NCBI GenBank assembly: GCA_014729135.1
Contig: WJKK01000001.1
Coordinates: 730,919 to 794,918 of the forward strand
Direction: 5' to 3'
DNA length: 64,000 nt
From: a candidate division WWE3 bacterium
Lineage (GTDB): Bacteria; Patescibacteriota; WWE3; UBA101185; UBA10185
Positions 50,352 to 59,026 of this stretch are shown one piece after another. Made by a program: the position numbers and the translations under genes. Positions within the stretch are counted from its first letter, which is position 1; every line of letters starts with the position of its first letter. The notes under the pieces were generated by a model, which saw only the letters and a program-made list of their open reading frames with translations, was not told the origin of the DNA and did not search any database.

Positions 50352-50693
50352 TCAAGTATCATACTCAATGGGGCTTATTAGGGATTTTATGTAGACAAGA
50401 AGCAACAGCAAAAATCCAAGGTTTACAGAAATGTCGGCGTAGTTAAACGAGAAAATTCCAAAAAAGGAAAGCGGATCAGCCACACAACCCTCCACCAAAC
50501 GATGATACAAATTATAAGAACCTCCCAAAACCAGAAAAACCACTCCCAAAACCCCCAAGACTTTCCCCCTCTCTAACAATCCGGAAACATAAAATGAGTA
50601 AACAAACAACCCAAAAACAAGGACAATAAAAAAAACATAAACTTCTATAGAAATAAAGTTTGAAAATGGAAAACTGCAGTTATAAGTCATCAA
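50352..50693 (-). CDS. lspA: Signal peptidase II-like protein (short)
   Basis: GGSYNLYHRL...VAD...FNYADI; both catalytic Asp positions present. Confidence 0.7.
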   Translation of the reverse strand: MMTYNCSFPFSNFISIEVYVFFIVLVFGLFVYSFYVSGLLERGKVLGVLGVVFLVLGGSYNLYHRLVEGCVADPLSFFGIFSFNYADISVNLGFLLLLLVYIKSLISPIEYDT

Positions 50694-51832
50694 CTAGAAG
50701 AAGCTTCAGAACGACGTGCACACTCACTACACAAATGCGCCTCCGGATAAGCCTTCAACCTCGCCGGATCAATATCCTCACCACACTTCTCGCAAACCCC
50801 ATACTCCCCTCGAGACAACTTACCCAAAGCCTTCTGCACATTCGACTTCACCGACCCCAAAACACGCTTCTGCGCATCAATAACAGTCTTAAACGTATCC
50901 TCCAAATAAGCATCGTCCACCATCTCCGAATTATCCTCCGCCCGACCCTCCTGCATATAAGGATCCTCAGAATCCAACAACTTCTCCTGCTTCTCCAAAG
51001 AATCATTCTTCTTCTGCAAGGTCTTCTTTAAAGAGTCTATTAACGATTTGGGTAAATTTTTTCCTGACATAAACGATTTTGATTTCAAATTAGAATCAGA
51101 TTTTGACCTAACTAAGGACTTACTTAAAATAAGCTTTTTCACCCTCAAAATGAGAACTAACATACTAATTGTAAACAAGACACCATGGAATAGCAAATCC
51201 TCCATGGAGGTGTGCCCCAACAAAATCCCTGCTATAACAACCAGCAGCAGAAAAGCTACGAAAGCAAACCCTGAAAAAATCCTCTTAAGACGCAAAGCAG
51301 AAAAAACTCCGTAAAAAATGAGGAGGATTCCAATTAGAACCAGATAGCTAAAGTCTTTTTGCAGCCCAACAACAGACAGAAAAGCAATAGAGCCTCCAAA
51401 GGCCAGTGCCAAAGCAAAGATATCTAAGATGCGATATAAGGACCACTTGGAAGCGCGTACTAACAAGGTTGCGGTAGCTATAAATCCCAGTAAAAAGCCA
51501 GGAAAGCTTACGCCGGGCTTCCAAATAAGGATAGTGTGTTTTAAAAGGGGCATTGGCAAATAGCGGGAATTGTAGGCATAAAAGGCGCGAGAAACTAGTA
51601 ACCCTGCTACTAAGGAAAGCAAGTATTTGTCAAAAAGTTTCTCTTCGTCAAAGCCGTCCTTGCGCCCTTCCCTCCAAACGGGATAAAGTGAAAATAAAAA
51701 GCCGGCTATTAAAAAGAGTCCTTGAGTATAAACGGTTATATTCCCTATGCCTGCAAGGGATTCTATAGAAGCTCCAAAAATGTCGGCTAAGATGTCAGCT
51801 AAAGGGATTGTAATTTCTGCGGGTAAGTTCAT
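50690..51832 (-). CDS. Lgt-like membrane domain fused to a DksA/TraR C4 zinc-finger domain
   Basis: N-terminal multi-TM (SRAFY, IWKPGVSFPG, ILDI); C-terminal coiled coil plus YGVCEKC...RLKAYPEAHLCSEC. Confidence 0.75.
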   Translation of the reverse strand: MNLPAEITIPLADILADIFGASIESLAGIGNITVYTQGLFLIAGFLFSLYPVWREGRKDGFDEEKLFDKYLLSLVAGLLVSRAFYAYNSRYLPMPLLKHTILIWKPGVSFPGFLLGFIATATLLVRASKWSLYRILDIFALALAFGGSIAFLSVVGLQKDFSYLVLIGILLIFYGVFSALRLKRIFSGFAFVAFLLLVVIAGILLGHTSMEDLLFHGVLFTISMLVLILRVKKLILSKSLVRSKSDSNLKSKSFMSGKNLPKSLIDSLKKTLQKKNDSLEKQEKLLDSEDPYMQEGRAEDNSEMVDDAYLEDTFKTVIDAQKRVLGSVKSNVQKALGKLSRGEYGVCEKCGEDIDPARLKAYPEAHLCSECARRSEASSS

Positions 51833-51873
51833 GTGTTAATAATAGCAAAAAAGGGAATTATCGTGGCAGCAGG

Positions 51874-52425
51874 CTAAGCTTTTGAAACATACCCCCCCGT
51901 TCGCGTATCCACCTTAATTTGCGTCCCCCTCTCAATAAAACTCGGGACCTTCACCGTAAAACCCCCATCAACCTCAGCATCCTTATAAACATTACTTACC
52001 GTATTACCCTTAAAACCGGGCTCCGTATAAGTCACCTCAAACACCATAGTATTAGGAAATTCCACCACCATAGGCTTCTCCTCGTAATAGAGCACCAAAA
52101 CCTCCGCCCCCTCCTTCAGGTATTTTGCCTGCTCCCCCAAAACTTTTTCAGGAATCTTAAATTGCTCGTAAGTTTGCGGATCCATAAAAACGTAGCCGGC
52201 CGATTCATAAAGATATTGAGCATTTTTCCTTTGTACAAAGGCGTCCTCCACACGAGTATCTCCCCGATAAGTCATTTGGCGGGTTTCACCGGTAATTAAG
52301 TTGCGCGCCTGAACTTTTACCGTAACACCGGAGCGCGCGGTTCTAATATGAGAGTATTTTTCCACTTGCCAAGGCTGATTTTTTTCTTGAAAGATTGTTC
52401 CTGTTTTTAGGCCTGTTGCTATCAT
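51874..52425 (-). CDS. efp: Elongation factor P
   Basis: FMDPQTYEQ, TEPGFKGNT, VPSFI, VDTRTGGYVS; ATG 52425. Confidence 0.93.
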   Translation of the reverse strand: MIATGLKTGTIFQEKNQPWQVEKYSHIRTARSGVTVKVQARNLITGETRQMTYRGDTRVEDAFVQRKNAQYLYESAGYVFMDPQTYEQFKIPEKVLGEQAKYLKEGAEVLVLYYEEKPMVVEFPNTMVFEVTYTEPGFKGNTVSNVYKDAEVDGGFTVKVPSFIERGTQIKVDTRTGGYVSKA

Positions 52426-52522
52426 GGGGGTTATTGTAGCATATGTTTTTGGGGGGGACTTACTCAATAGAGGTTTTTCGAAATACTAGAGATTCCTATA
52501 ACGGAGGCGATCAGACGCGCCC

Positions 52523-53257
52523 TCACTTAAAATCCTGGCGAACCTTCTCATACATCACAAGAGCAGCACTTGTACTCACGTTTAAAGAGTCAATCCCCTC
52601 TCGCATAGGAATAGCCAGCTTACCATCGCAACGATCAACTACGTTATCCGAAAGGCCTTCCCCCTCGTTACCTAAAACCAGCGCCACTGCCCCCTGCAAA
52701 TTAGCGTCAAAGTATGTAGAACCTTCCATAGAAAGGGCAAAGGTTTTAATGGCTTTTTCAGAGCACTTTTTAATAGCCGTAAAAATATTCATCTTTACTA
52801 AAGGGATTCTAAGCATTGCTCCCATGGAAAGGTGAACGGTTTCGTCATTTAAAATGTCCTCCTGCCGACCCTGAAAAATAATGCCATTTACACCTGCTGC
52901 AAAAGCGGTTCTAGCTATAAAGCTTAAATTTGCTGTGTAATCAACCCGATTGGTTAATAAAAAGAAGGGCTCCTCCCCTTTTTGCTTTGTTTGAGCTAAA
53001 AGTTCTTCAAACGATGACAATTCGGGAGCTTTTAAAATGGCCACTATAGATTCGTGAGCTTCTCCGCTGCGTCCTTTAGGCATGTGGTTTCGAGCTATTT
53101 TTTTGATGTCAACGCCTCTGTTGTAGGCTTGTGAGATGATTCTTTTGACGCGAGGCTTTTCAGCGGAGTTTTTAGCAACCTGAATTTTTCCTATAGTTAG
53201 GGGTGTTTTTAGAATTTCAGTTATGATGTTTTCGTTGCGGATGGTTATGTAGCTCAT
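52523..53257 (-). CDS. TrmH/SpoU-family RNA methyltransferase (RlmB-like)
   Basis: LVLGNEGEGL, IPM...DSLNVS. Confidence 0.9.
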   Translation of the reverse strand: MSYITIRNENIITEILKTPLTIGKIQVAKNSAEKPRVKRIISQAYNRGVDIKKIARNHMPKGRSGEAHESIVAILKAPELSSFEELLAQTKQKGEEPFFLLTNRVDYTANLSFIARTAFAAGVNGIIFQGRQEDILNDETVHLSMGAMLRIPLVKMNIFTAIKKCSEKAIKTFALSMEGSTYFDANLQGAVALVLGNEGEGLSDNVVDRCDGKLAIPMREGIDSLNVSTSAALVMYEKVRQDFK

Positions 53258-53260
53258 AAG

Positions 53261-53704
53261 TTAATTGCCTCCTTCAGCGGCTTTCCTGTCGACAGAAGAA
53301 ACCAAACCGGCTTGCTCCAAAAAATCCAAGCGTACCTTCTCCAAATGAGGAGCTAAAACTTCAGAACTCGCGGAAACAGTCGCAACTTCTCCCTTTGAAA
53401 AAGAAAAATCCGCACAAGAATATAACGTTTTCAACTCCCTATAAACAAAAGGTGATACATAAGGATGCAGCAAGTCCTTCTTAACTAAATCAACCTCTCG
53501 ACCAAAAAGAGACTTAAAATCTTCCTCAACGTCAAAAAGATCAAAAAGACTTTTAACAGGGGTTTCCGGGGCGTACTCCACAAGAAGATCAACATCACTC
53601 CCCTCTTTTGCTTCTTGGCGTGCGTGGGAGCCAAAGAGACCAAGGTAAGTTATTTTGTATTTTTCACAGATATCTGCAATTTTTTGGGAATCTATTTGTA
53701 GCAT
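53261..53704 (-). CDS. Minimal nucleotidyltransferase (MNT) with C-terminal extension
   Basis: LFGSHAR...SDVDLLV...FGREVDLV. Confidence 0.85.
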   Translation of the reverse strand: MLQIDSQKIADICEKYKITYLGLFGSHARQEAKEGSDVDLLVEYAPETPVKSLFDLFDVEEDFKSLFGREVDLVKKDLLHPYVSPFVYRELKTLYSCADFSFSKGEVATVSASSEVLAPHLEKVRLDFLEQAGLVSSVDRKAAEGGN

Positions 53705-53875
53705 GTGGTTATTATAGTATATGTTGTAGGATTTTTCAGGAAAAAGATCGCGGTGTTGTTCGTATCCTGATATTTATAAAAAGATTCGCGGAAGGAATCC
53801 CTTTTGGCAATAGAGTATGGGCGGTGTTACCAATTTTTGCATAATAAAAAGATTGAAATTTGAGATAATAGAATC

Positions 53876-54448
53876 GTGATAAAAAATGTCGCTTTTGATT
53901 CCGGTGGAGTTTTAATATTTACTAACAACTTTATTGATTATTTCATCAAGAACCTTCTTGAAAATAATATAGCAATTTCAAAGACTGATTTCTTAGACAG
54001 TTTGTCCCTTGCTGAATCTGGTACAAAAAAATTATCAGAAGTTTACAAAAATATTGATGGGTTTGAAAATTTATGGATTGAAGCTCTTGAAAACAATGCC
54101 AAATACAACTTTGAACTTCTCAACTACTATAAAAATGTTTTAGCAAAGAGGGTCGATGCAGGTATTTTAAGTAATGTTGATAGTATTCTTGCAAAATCTG
54201 GAATAAACAAAAACCTTTATAAGATTTTTGATAGCGTAATTCTCAGCTGTAATATTGGATATGCTAAACCCTGCCAGGAAATCTATTATGAATATTTAAA
54301 AAAGGTTAATTTACCTCCGGAGAAAGTCTTATTTATTGAGGACAAACAAGAGTATATAGATGTGGCTAATGACATAGGATTCGAAACTATTCACTTTATC
54401 AACACTCAAAAGACAATAGAGGAAATAAAAAAGATCATACTAAATTAA
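53876..54448 (+). CDS. HAD-superfamily hydrolase
   Basis: FDSGGVL, ILSN, AKP, FIEDK. Confidence 0.88.
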   Translation: MIKNVAFDSGGVLIFTNNFIDYFIKNLLENNIAISKTDFLDSLSLAESGTKKLSEVYKNIDGFENLWIEALENNAKYNFELLNYYKNVLAKRVDAGILSNVDSILAKSGINKNLYKIFDSVILSCNIGYAKPCQEIYYEYLKKVNLPPEKVLFIEDKQEYIDVANDIGFETIHFINTQKTIEEIKKIILN

Positions 54449-54675
54449 AAAGATCAGCTTTGTCACGTATTACGTACAAAATCGTAGCTCTTTGGGTGCT
54501 ATTACAGGAAATAAGACTCAGAACCAAGCCGTTTTTGCGGATTTTGGGCATGTCAAGAGGCTCACATTATGTTAAAAGAGCTCGCCTTTCACTTCGTGAA
54601 AGCCTCGGGTAGTTCAAAATGCTCCCGTTCGGTCGCATTTTGATCAACCATCGCCCTCGCCTACGGTGAGGCCTC

Positions 54676-54762
54676 TGGTGGGCGAGGAGGGAATCGAACC
54701 CTCACAGGATTGCTCCCATCGGTTTTTGAGACCGACGCGTATACCAGTTCCGCCACTCGCCC
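54676..54762 (-). tRNA. tRNA-Leu(CAA)
   Basis: GGGCGAG acceptor, TCGGT-CTCAAAA-ACCGA anticodon arm, long variable arm, GTTCGATTC, CCA. Confidence 0.96.
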
Positions 54763-54829
54763 TTAAAAAGTTTTCGCAGAAAACTTTTTATGGTGATCAA
54801 AATACGAGCGTACTAACGCGAGTATTTTG

Positions 54830-55029
54830 AACTCCCGTCAAGTGTAGCGAAGCTACCTTGACGAACAAAGCTTGAGTTTCAATTCGTTTCGTTTCACAAA
54901 ACTTTTCAAGCTGATCGAAATGCGTAGCATTTCGAACTGCCGCAAAATGTCCGACTTTGGAGGACTTTTGCGAACTTCCCTTAAACTCCCGTCAGGTGTC
55001 GCAAAGCGACCCTGACGAACAAAGCTTGA
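54830..55029. repeat. Two 46-bp direct repeats (54830-54875, 54984-55029), each a hairpin
   Basis: AACTCCCGTCA...TGACGAACAAAGCTTGA; 5 differences, 4 of them compensatory. Confidence 0.85.
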
Positions 55030-55153
55030 TTTACAAAACACAGCATTTAGCTATGCTTAAAAGGTTTGTACTCAAACCTTTTAGAACCAAACTTACTCCC
55101 AAAGCAAAAGGAATTCTAACATAATCCTTTGAAATCGACATGAGAAATTATTC

Positions 55154-55309
55154 AAGTAATCTCTTTCTCTCTCACGTTTCACGGCGACTTTCTTTTTTTA
55201 TCCAAAAAGACAGCCCTAACAAGTTGCCTTGCAACTTGTTAGCCACATCGAAATCCGTGGTTGACGGATTGTCGATGAGTCGTGAAAGTTCGTTCAAAAG
55301 GGATTACTT
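55154..55309. repeat. Palindromic dispersed element, copy B
   Basis: TCTCTCACGTTTC..GACTTTC..TTTTTA and AAAGTTC.TTCAAAAGGG shared with copy A; has its own 13-bp IR. Confidence 0.7.
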
Positions 55310-55344
55310 TGATTTAACCCTACAAAAAAGAGACTTCTCAAACG

Positions 55345-55569
55345 TTAATTTTGCATCTCCTCCAAAACAGCCTCTGTACCCTCGGAAGAAACCCCCTCAG
55401 AAACTCCCTCCAACAGATTCTTAATTTCTTGATCCATTTCGGAGAATTCACCACGCTCCCGCTCTAATACCTCTTCCGTAGTTCTCTCGAGACCCCCTCC
55501 AAGAGCTTCCACTGCCTTAAGCAACTGCTCCCTCCTGCTAGTTTGACCTTCAACATTACCTAAACTCAT
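55345..55569 (-). CDS. Hypothetical acidic protein
   Basis: ATGA overlap with the upstream ORF. Confidence 0.55.
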   Translation of the reverse strand: MSLGNVEGQTSRREQLLKAVEALGGGLERTTEEVLERERGEFSEMDQEIKNLLEGVSEGVSSEGTEAVLEEMQN

Positions 55570-55907
55570 CCTTCCAAACCTTCCATTAACGAACTAATAG
55601 ACTGATCAGCAACAAACTCCTTAAACCGTTGACCATAATCAGGAATCTGCGACACATACTTCCTCACAAACTCCGCCATGCTATCATCCGTTGTCTTTGC
55701 AGGAACAGGGCGATCATCCGTTAAAGCCTTTAAATCATTAAAAAATTGGGTAAACAAATAAGGAGGAATATTGAGTTGCAAAAACTTAAGCGCCATAACC
55801 GTAAAAAGAGTGTCCAGTTTTTGCTGAAGGGTGTCACGCTTTTGATCCGAAATCTCCAGCGAGTTTATGCGGTTTGTAAGAATTTTGTAGTATTCGCTTA
55901 CTTCCAC
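55566..55907 (-). CDS. Hypothetical protein
   Basis: GTG start 6 nt after TGCTAAGAT. Confidence 0.65.
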   Translation of the reverse strand: MEVSEYYKILTNRINSLEISDQKRDTLQQKLDTLFTVMALKFLQLNIPPYLFTQFFNDLKALTDDRPVPAKTTDDSMAEFVRKYVSQIPDYGQRFKEFVADQSISSLMEGLEG

Positions 55908-55997
55908 GGATTTATCTTAGCACATTTTTCAATTACGAAGCGTAACACTTAATTTCGCCAAGGTTAACTAAATCCGCTCCGTAAAACAGAGCCACTA

Positions 55998-56780
55998 CTA
56001 CTCTAACTCCTCCACAAAACGATCAAACAGCAAAACACGAGAAATCTTTTTAGGATCTATAAGAAAAGGCTCAACATCCCGCGCCAAATCCTTAAGATTT
56101 ACCCGCTCAACAAAGCCTTTCAAAGCCCCCTTCAAATCTTGCAGGGACTTAACTTCATAGGAAGACTCCATTACCGAAAAATCCAAATCCTCCGCCGAAA
56201 TACGAGAAAAAAGATAAACAATATCATAAATATCCCTACCTTTAGGCCTTTTCCTACCCAACAGAGCCTCAAACTTTTTAATAGCCAAAACTTCTTGCGG
56301 ATAGGTCCTTATCTCCTTAAACACATCAAATTCATTTAGCAAGTGCATTCTAACGGGAGGCAGCTTACGCTTCTCAGCCACATCCAGCTGAATCAGGATC
56401 TTTTCGGTTATCTGATCTGAAAGCTTGTAATCATAAAGTAAATTCGGAAAACGAAGGTAGCAGCGATAAACTCCTTTATGAACATTGCGATACTCACTAA
56501 CTAAACCCCTCTTTTTAAGCTCTCTTTTAAGATATTGAGTAAAACGTTCAAACATTTGCTCATTTAATCCTGTAACGTCAAAGTCCAAATCTTCAGAAAA
56601 ACGATCACTCCCATAGACAATTCTAATTGCCGTACCTCCGGTAAAAACCAACTTATCTCCTAAAAACGAGGAAAAAATAAGATCAAGAATTTGATACTGG
56701 AGGTATTCCCTTAACAGAGCCCTCCCCAGCTTCTGCTCCTTTTCATTATAGTGCTGTTTTATTTGCTTTAAAGTAAGCAT
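55998..56780 (-). CDS. AbiEii-family nucleotidyltransferase toxin
   Basis: FTGGTAIR..YGSDRFSEDLDF, K...R..GRDIYD. Confidence 0.92.
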   Translation of the reverse strand: MLTLKQIKQHYNEKEQKLGRALLREYLQYQILDLIFSSFLGDKLVFTGGTAIRIVYGSDRFSEDLDFDVTGLNEQMFERFTQYLKRELKKRGLVSEYRNVHKGVYRCYLRFPNLLYDYKLSDQITEKILIQLDVAEKRKLPPVRMHLLNEFDVFKEIRTYPQEVLAIKKFEALLGRKRPKGRDIYDIVYLFSRISAEDLDFSVMESSYEVKSLQDLKGALKGFVERVNLKDLARDVEPFLIDPKKISRVLLFDRFVEELE

Positions 56781-56831
56781 TTTAGATGTTTTGTACAGTT
56801 TAGTCGGTTAGGCGAAAAACCGGCTAAACCT

Positions 56832-57479
56832 TTACTTACCTGCTTCCTTAAACAACTGTGTAAAAAATTTATACATTCTATTCTTGCGTATCTCTGAATC
56901 AACAAAATTAAAAAAGCCGGCAAGTAACTCAGGGTCAAAATTTTCAGGCAAAGTAAAGCGCATAGACTCAAAGTCAAGAGGAGTACTTAAGTCCTTCCTT
57001 AAATAAACAAGATCAAACAAGGCTTTTTCAGGAGTTGCTATTTTAAATTCTGCTGTTGTATTAGGCGCTGCAATGCTCTTCACCTTATCTGCAGTGTAAG
57101 TAGAGGGTTTTAAAACGTAACCTCTAAAAAGTTCGGGCTTGATTTTTTTATAAATAAAAGTGCCCACAGGGGTTTCAATAGTCGTTGAGGTCATAGTGGA
57201 AACACAAGTAACAGTTTGGGCTATATCGGGAATTATGCCATAGTAGGAAAGGGCGTATTCCAAGGAGATATACGAGGGGCGAATTTCATTTGACAAAAGG
57301 TGAATATCTATGTCAGTTTTGGGAAACGTGTAAATACCTTCTGTTAGGCGTTGAAGCCATCCCTTGTTTTCCCAGCGGGACATCTGAGCCCGATCGGCTT
57401 TTCCAAAGGCGTTTTCCACATCCTGTAGGGTGAATGTATGCTGAGTGCCCAGTTTCTCCTGAAGCTCTTTGAATTGCAT
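56832..57479 (-). CDS. AbiEi-family antitoxin
   Basis: N-terminal wHTH, PSYISLEYALSYYGIIP, IATPEKALFD. Confidence 0.9.
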   Translation of the reverse strand: MQFKELQEKLGTQHTFTLQDVENAFGKADRAQMSRWENKGWLQRLTEGIYTFPKTDIDIHLLSNEIRPSYISLEYALSYYGIIPDIAQTVTCVSTMTSTTIETPVGTFIYKKIKPELFRGYVLKPSTYTADKVKSIAAPNTTAEFKIATPEKALFDLVYLRKDLSTPLDFESMRFTLPENFDPELLAGFFNFVDSEIRKNRMYKFFTQLFKEAGK

Positions 57480-57494
57480 GGGTCTATGATAGCA

Positions 57495-57520
57495 CAGTGT
57501 TGTAATTTTTTACAACATTG
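57495..57520. promoter_or_regulatory. Inverted repeat in the abiE promoter (putative AbiEi operator)
   Basis: CAGTGTTGTAA-TTTT-TTACAACATTG immediately upstream of the -10 box. Confidence 0.65.
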
Positions 57521-57554
57521 CGGAATGCTAGAAGGAAAAGCTCCGGATAAACCT

Positions 57555-58904
57555 TTACTCCTCCGGAGTCACAGATTTCTCCGCCTCGTAAAAGCGTGTC
57601 CTATTAGACTTAAAGAACAACGGAATCTCCCCCGTAGGCCCATTACGATGCTTAGCAATCACAAGCCCCATATTTTCCCGATCCTCCTCATCCGGTCTAT
57701 ACAAAAACAAAACCACGTCAGCATCCTGCTCAATAGAACCCGAGTCCCGCAAATCCGAAAGCTGCGGACGCTTCACTCCCCCACGCTGCTCAACCGCTCG
57801 TGACAACTGCGACAAAGCCAAAACGGGCACACGTAACTCCCTGGCCAAATTCTTCAAAGACTGAGAAATATACGTAACCTCTTGCACACGCGACTCAAAG
57901 TTCTTCCCATGAACAAGCTGCATATAGTCAATCATAATCAAATCCAAACCATGCTCCATTTGCAAACGCCTAGCCTTGGTTCGCATCTCAATAACAGAAA
58001 TTCCCGGCGTGTCATCAATAAAAATAGGAGCCTCCGCCAGCTGACCTGCAGCAATTCCATACTTTTCAAAATCCTCAGCCGCCAAATTCCCCGTACTAAT
58101 CCTCCAGTTATCAATGTCACCCTGCGCCGAAATCATACGATCCACAATCGACTCGCGTCCCATCTCCAAAGAGAAAAAACCAATCTTTTTGCCATGCTCT
58201 ATAGAGGCATGCTGAGCTATATTTATTGCCAGAGACGATTTACCCATGGAGGGGCGGGCCGCCAAAATAATGAGCTCTTCCTTTTGGAGTCCTGAAAGCA
58301 TTTTGTCCAGCTTTTTTAAGCCTGTAGGAACACCTCGCAAAGCTCCTCTAGTTTTGGAAAGCTCGTCTAGACGCTCAAACGTAACTTCTAAGGTTTTTTT
58401 AACGGGGACAAATTCTTCGTGAACACGATCCTGGGAAACATCATATAAAAGCTGCTCCGATTTATCCAGCAAATCCGTAACATCTGATTCTTCACGAACC
58501 ATGCGAGCAATTCTCCCGGCCGTTCTAAGAAGGTTTCTACGTGTGGCATGATCTTTAATAATGTTGCCGTAATGTTCTATATTGGCAGCAGTTGGCACAA
58601 AGTTCACCAGTTCCGTTAAATACGCCACTCCCCCACTGGATTTGAGCTCGCCCATTTTCCTTAGTTGATCCGGAACGGTTACAAGGTCGGCGGGCTCTCT
58701 ATTTTCGTAAAGTTCCAGGATTGCTTCGTAAATGTTGGCATGTGAAGTTTTGTAGAAGTGTTCCGCCCGAAGAAATTCAACAATTTTTACAAGGCTGTCG
58801 GGATCAAGCAAGATTGCCCCTAATACAGATTTTTCAGCATCAACATCATGTGGAGGGACATCTGGATTCATGTCGGGTCTGTATTTTGCAGGATTGTGCA
58901 CCAT
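57555..58904 (-). CDS. dnaB: Replicative DNA helicase DnaB
   Basis: AARPSMGKS, FSLEM, IDYMQL, LSDLRDSGSIEQDAD, KHRNGPTG. Confidence 0.97.
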   Translation of the reverse strand: MVHNPAKYRPDMNPDVPPHDVDAEKSVLGAILLDPDSLVKIVEFLRAEHFYKTSHANIYEAILELYENREPADLVTVPDQLRKMGELKSSGGVAYLTELVNFVPTAANIEHYGNIIKDHATRRNLLRTAGRIARMVREESDVTDLLDKSEQLLYDVSQDRVHEEFVPVKKTLEVTFERLDELSKTRGALRGVPTGLKKLDKMLSGLQKEELIILAARPSMGKSSLAINIAQHASIEHGKKIGFFSLEMGRESIVDRMISAQGDIDNWRISTGNLAAEDFEKYGIAAGQLAEAPIFIDDTPGISVIEMRTKARRLQMEHGLDLIMIDYMQLVHGKNFESRVQEVTYISQSLKNLARELRVPVLALSQLSRAVEQRGGVKRPQLSDLRDSGSIEQDADVVLFLYRPDEEDRENMGLVIAKHRNGPTGEIPLFFKSNRTRFYEAEKSVTPEE

Positions 58905-59026
58905 GTACTTAGTTTAACAGATGTTTGATTTGTCTAAGGGACAAACTAAACTCCAAAAATAGTGAAAACGACTGAGATGGCCAAGCAAAGCAACTATCGC
59001 GAAGTTTAAGTCTAATGATCTGGCGC

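Noticed and set aside
54567-54577. XerD-like arm TTATGTTAAAA near the tRNA
   Set aside because: No XerC-like partner arm at 6-bp spacing.
54830-55029. CRISPR array
   Set aside because: Only two 46-bp copies, separated by 108 bp of further hairpins; no cas genes.
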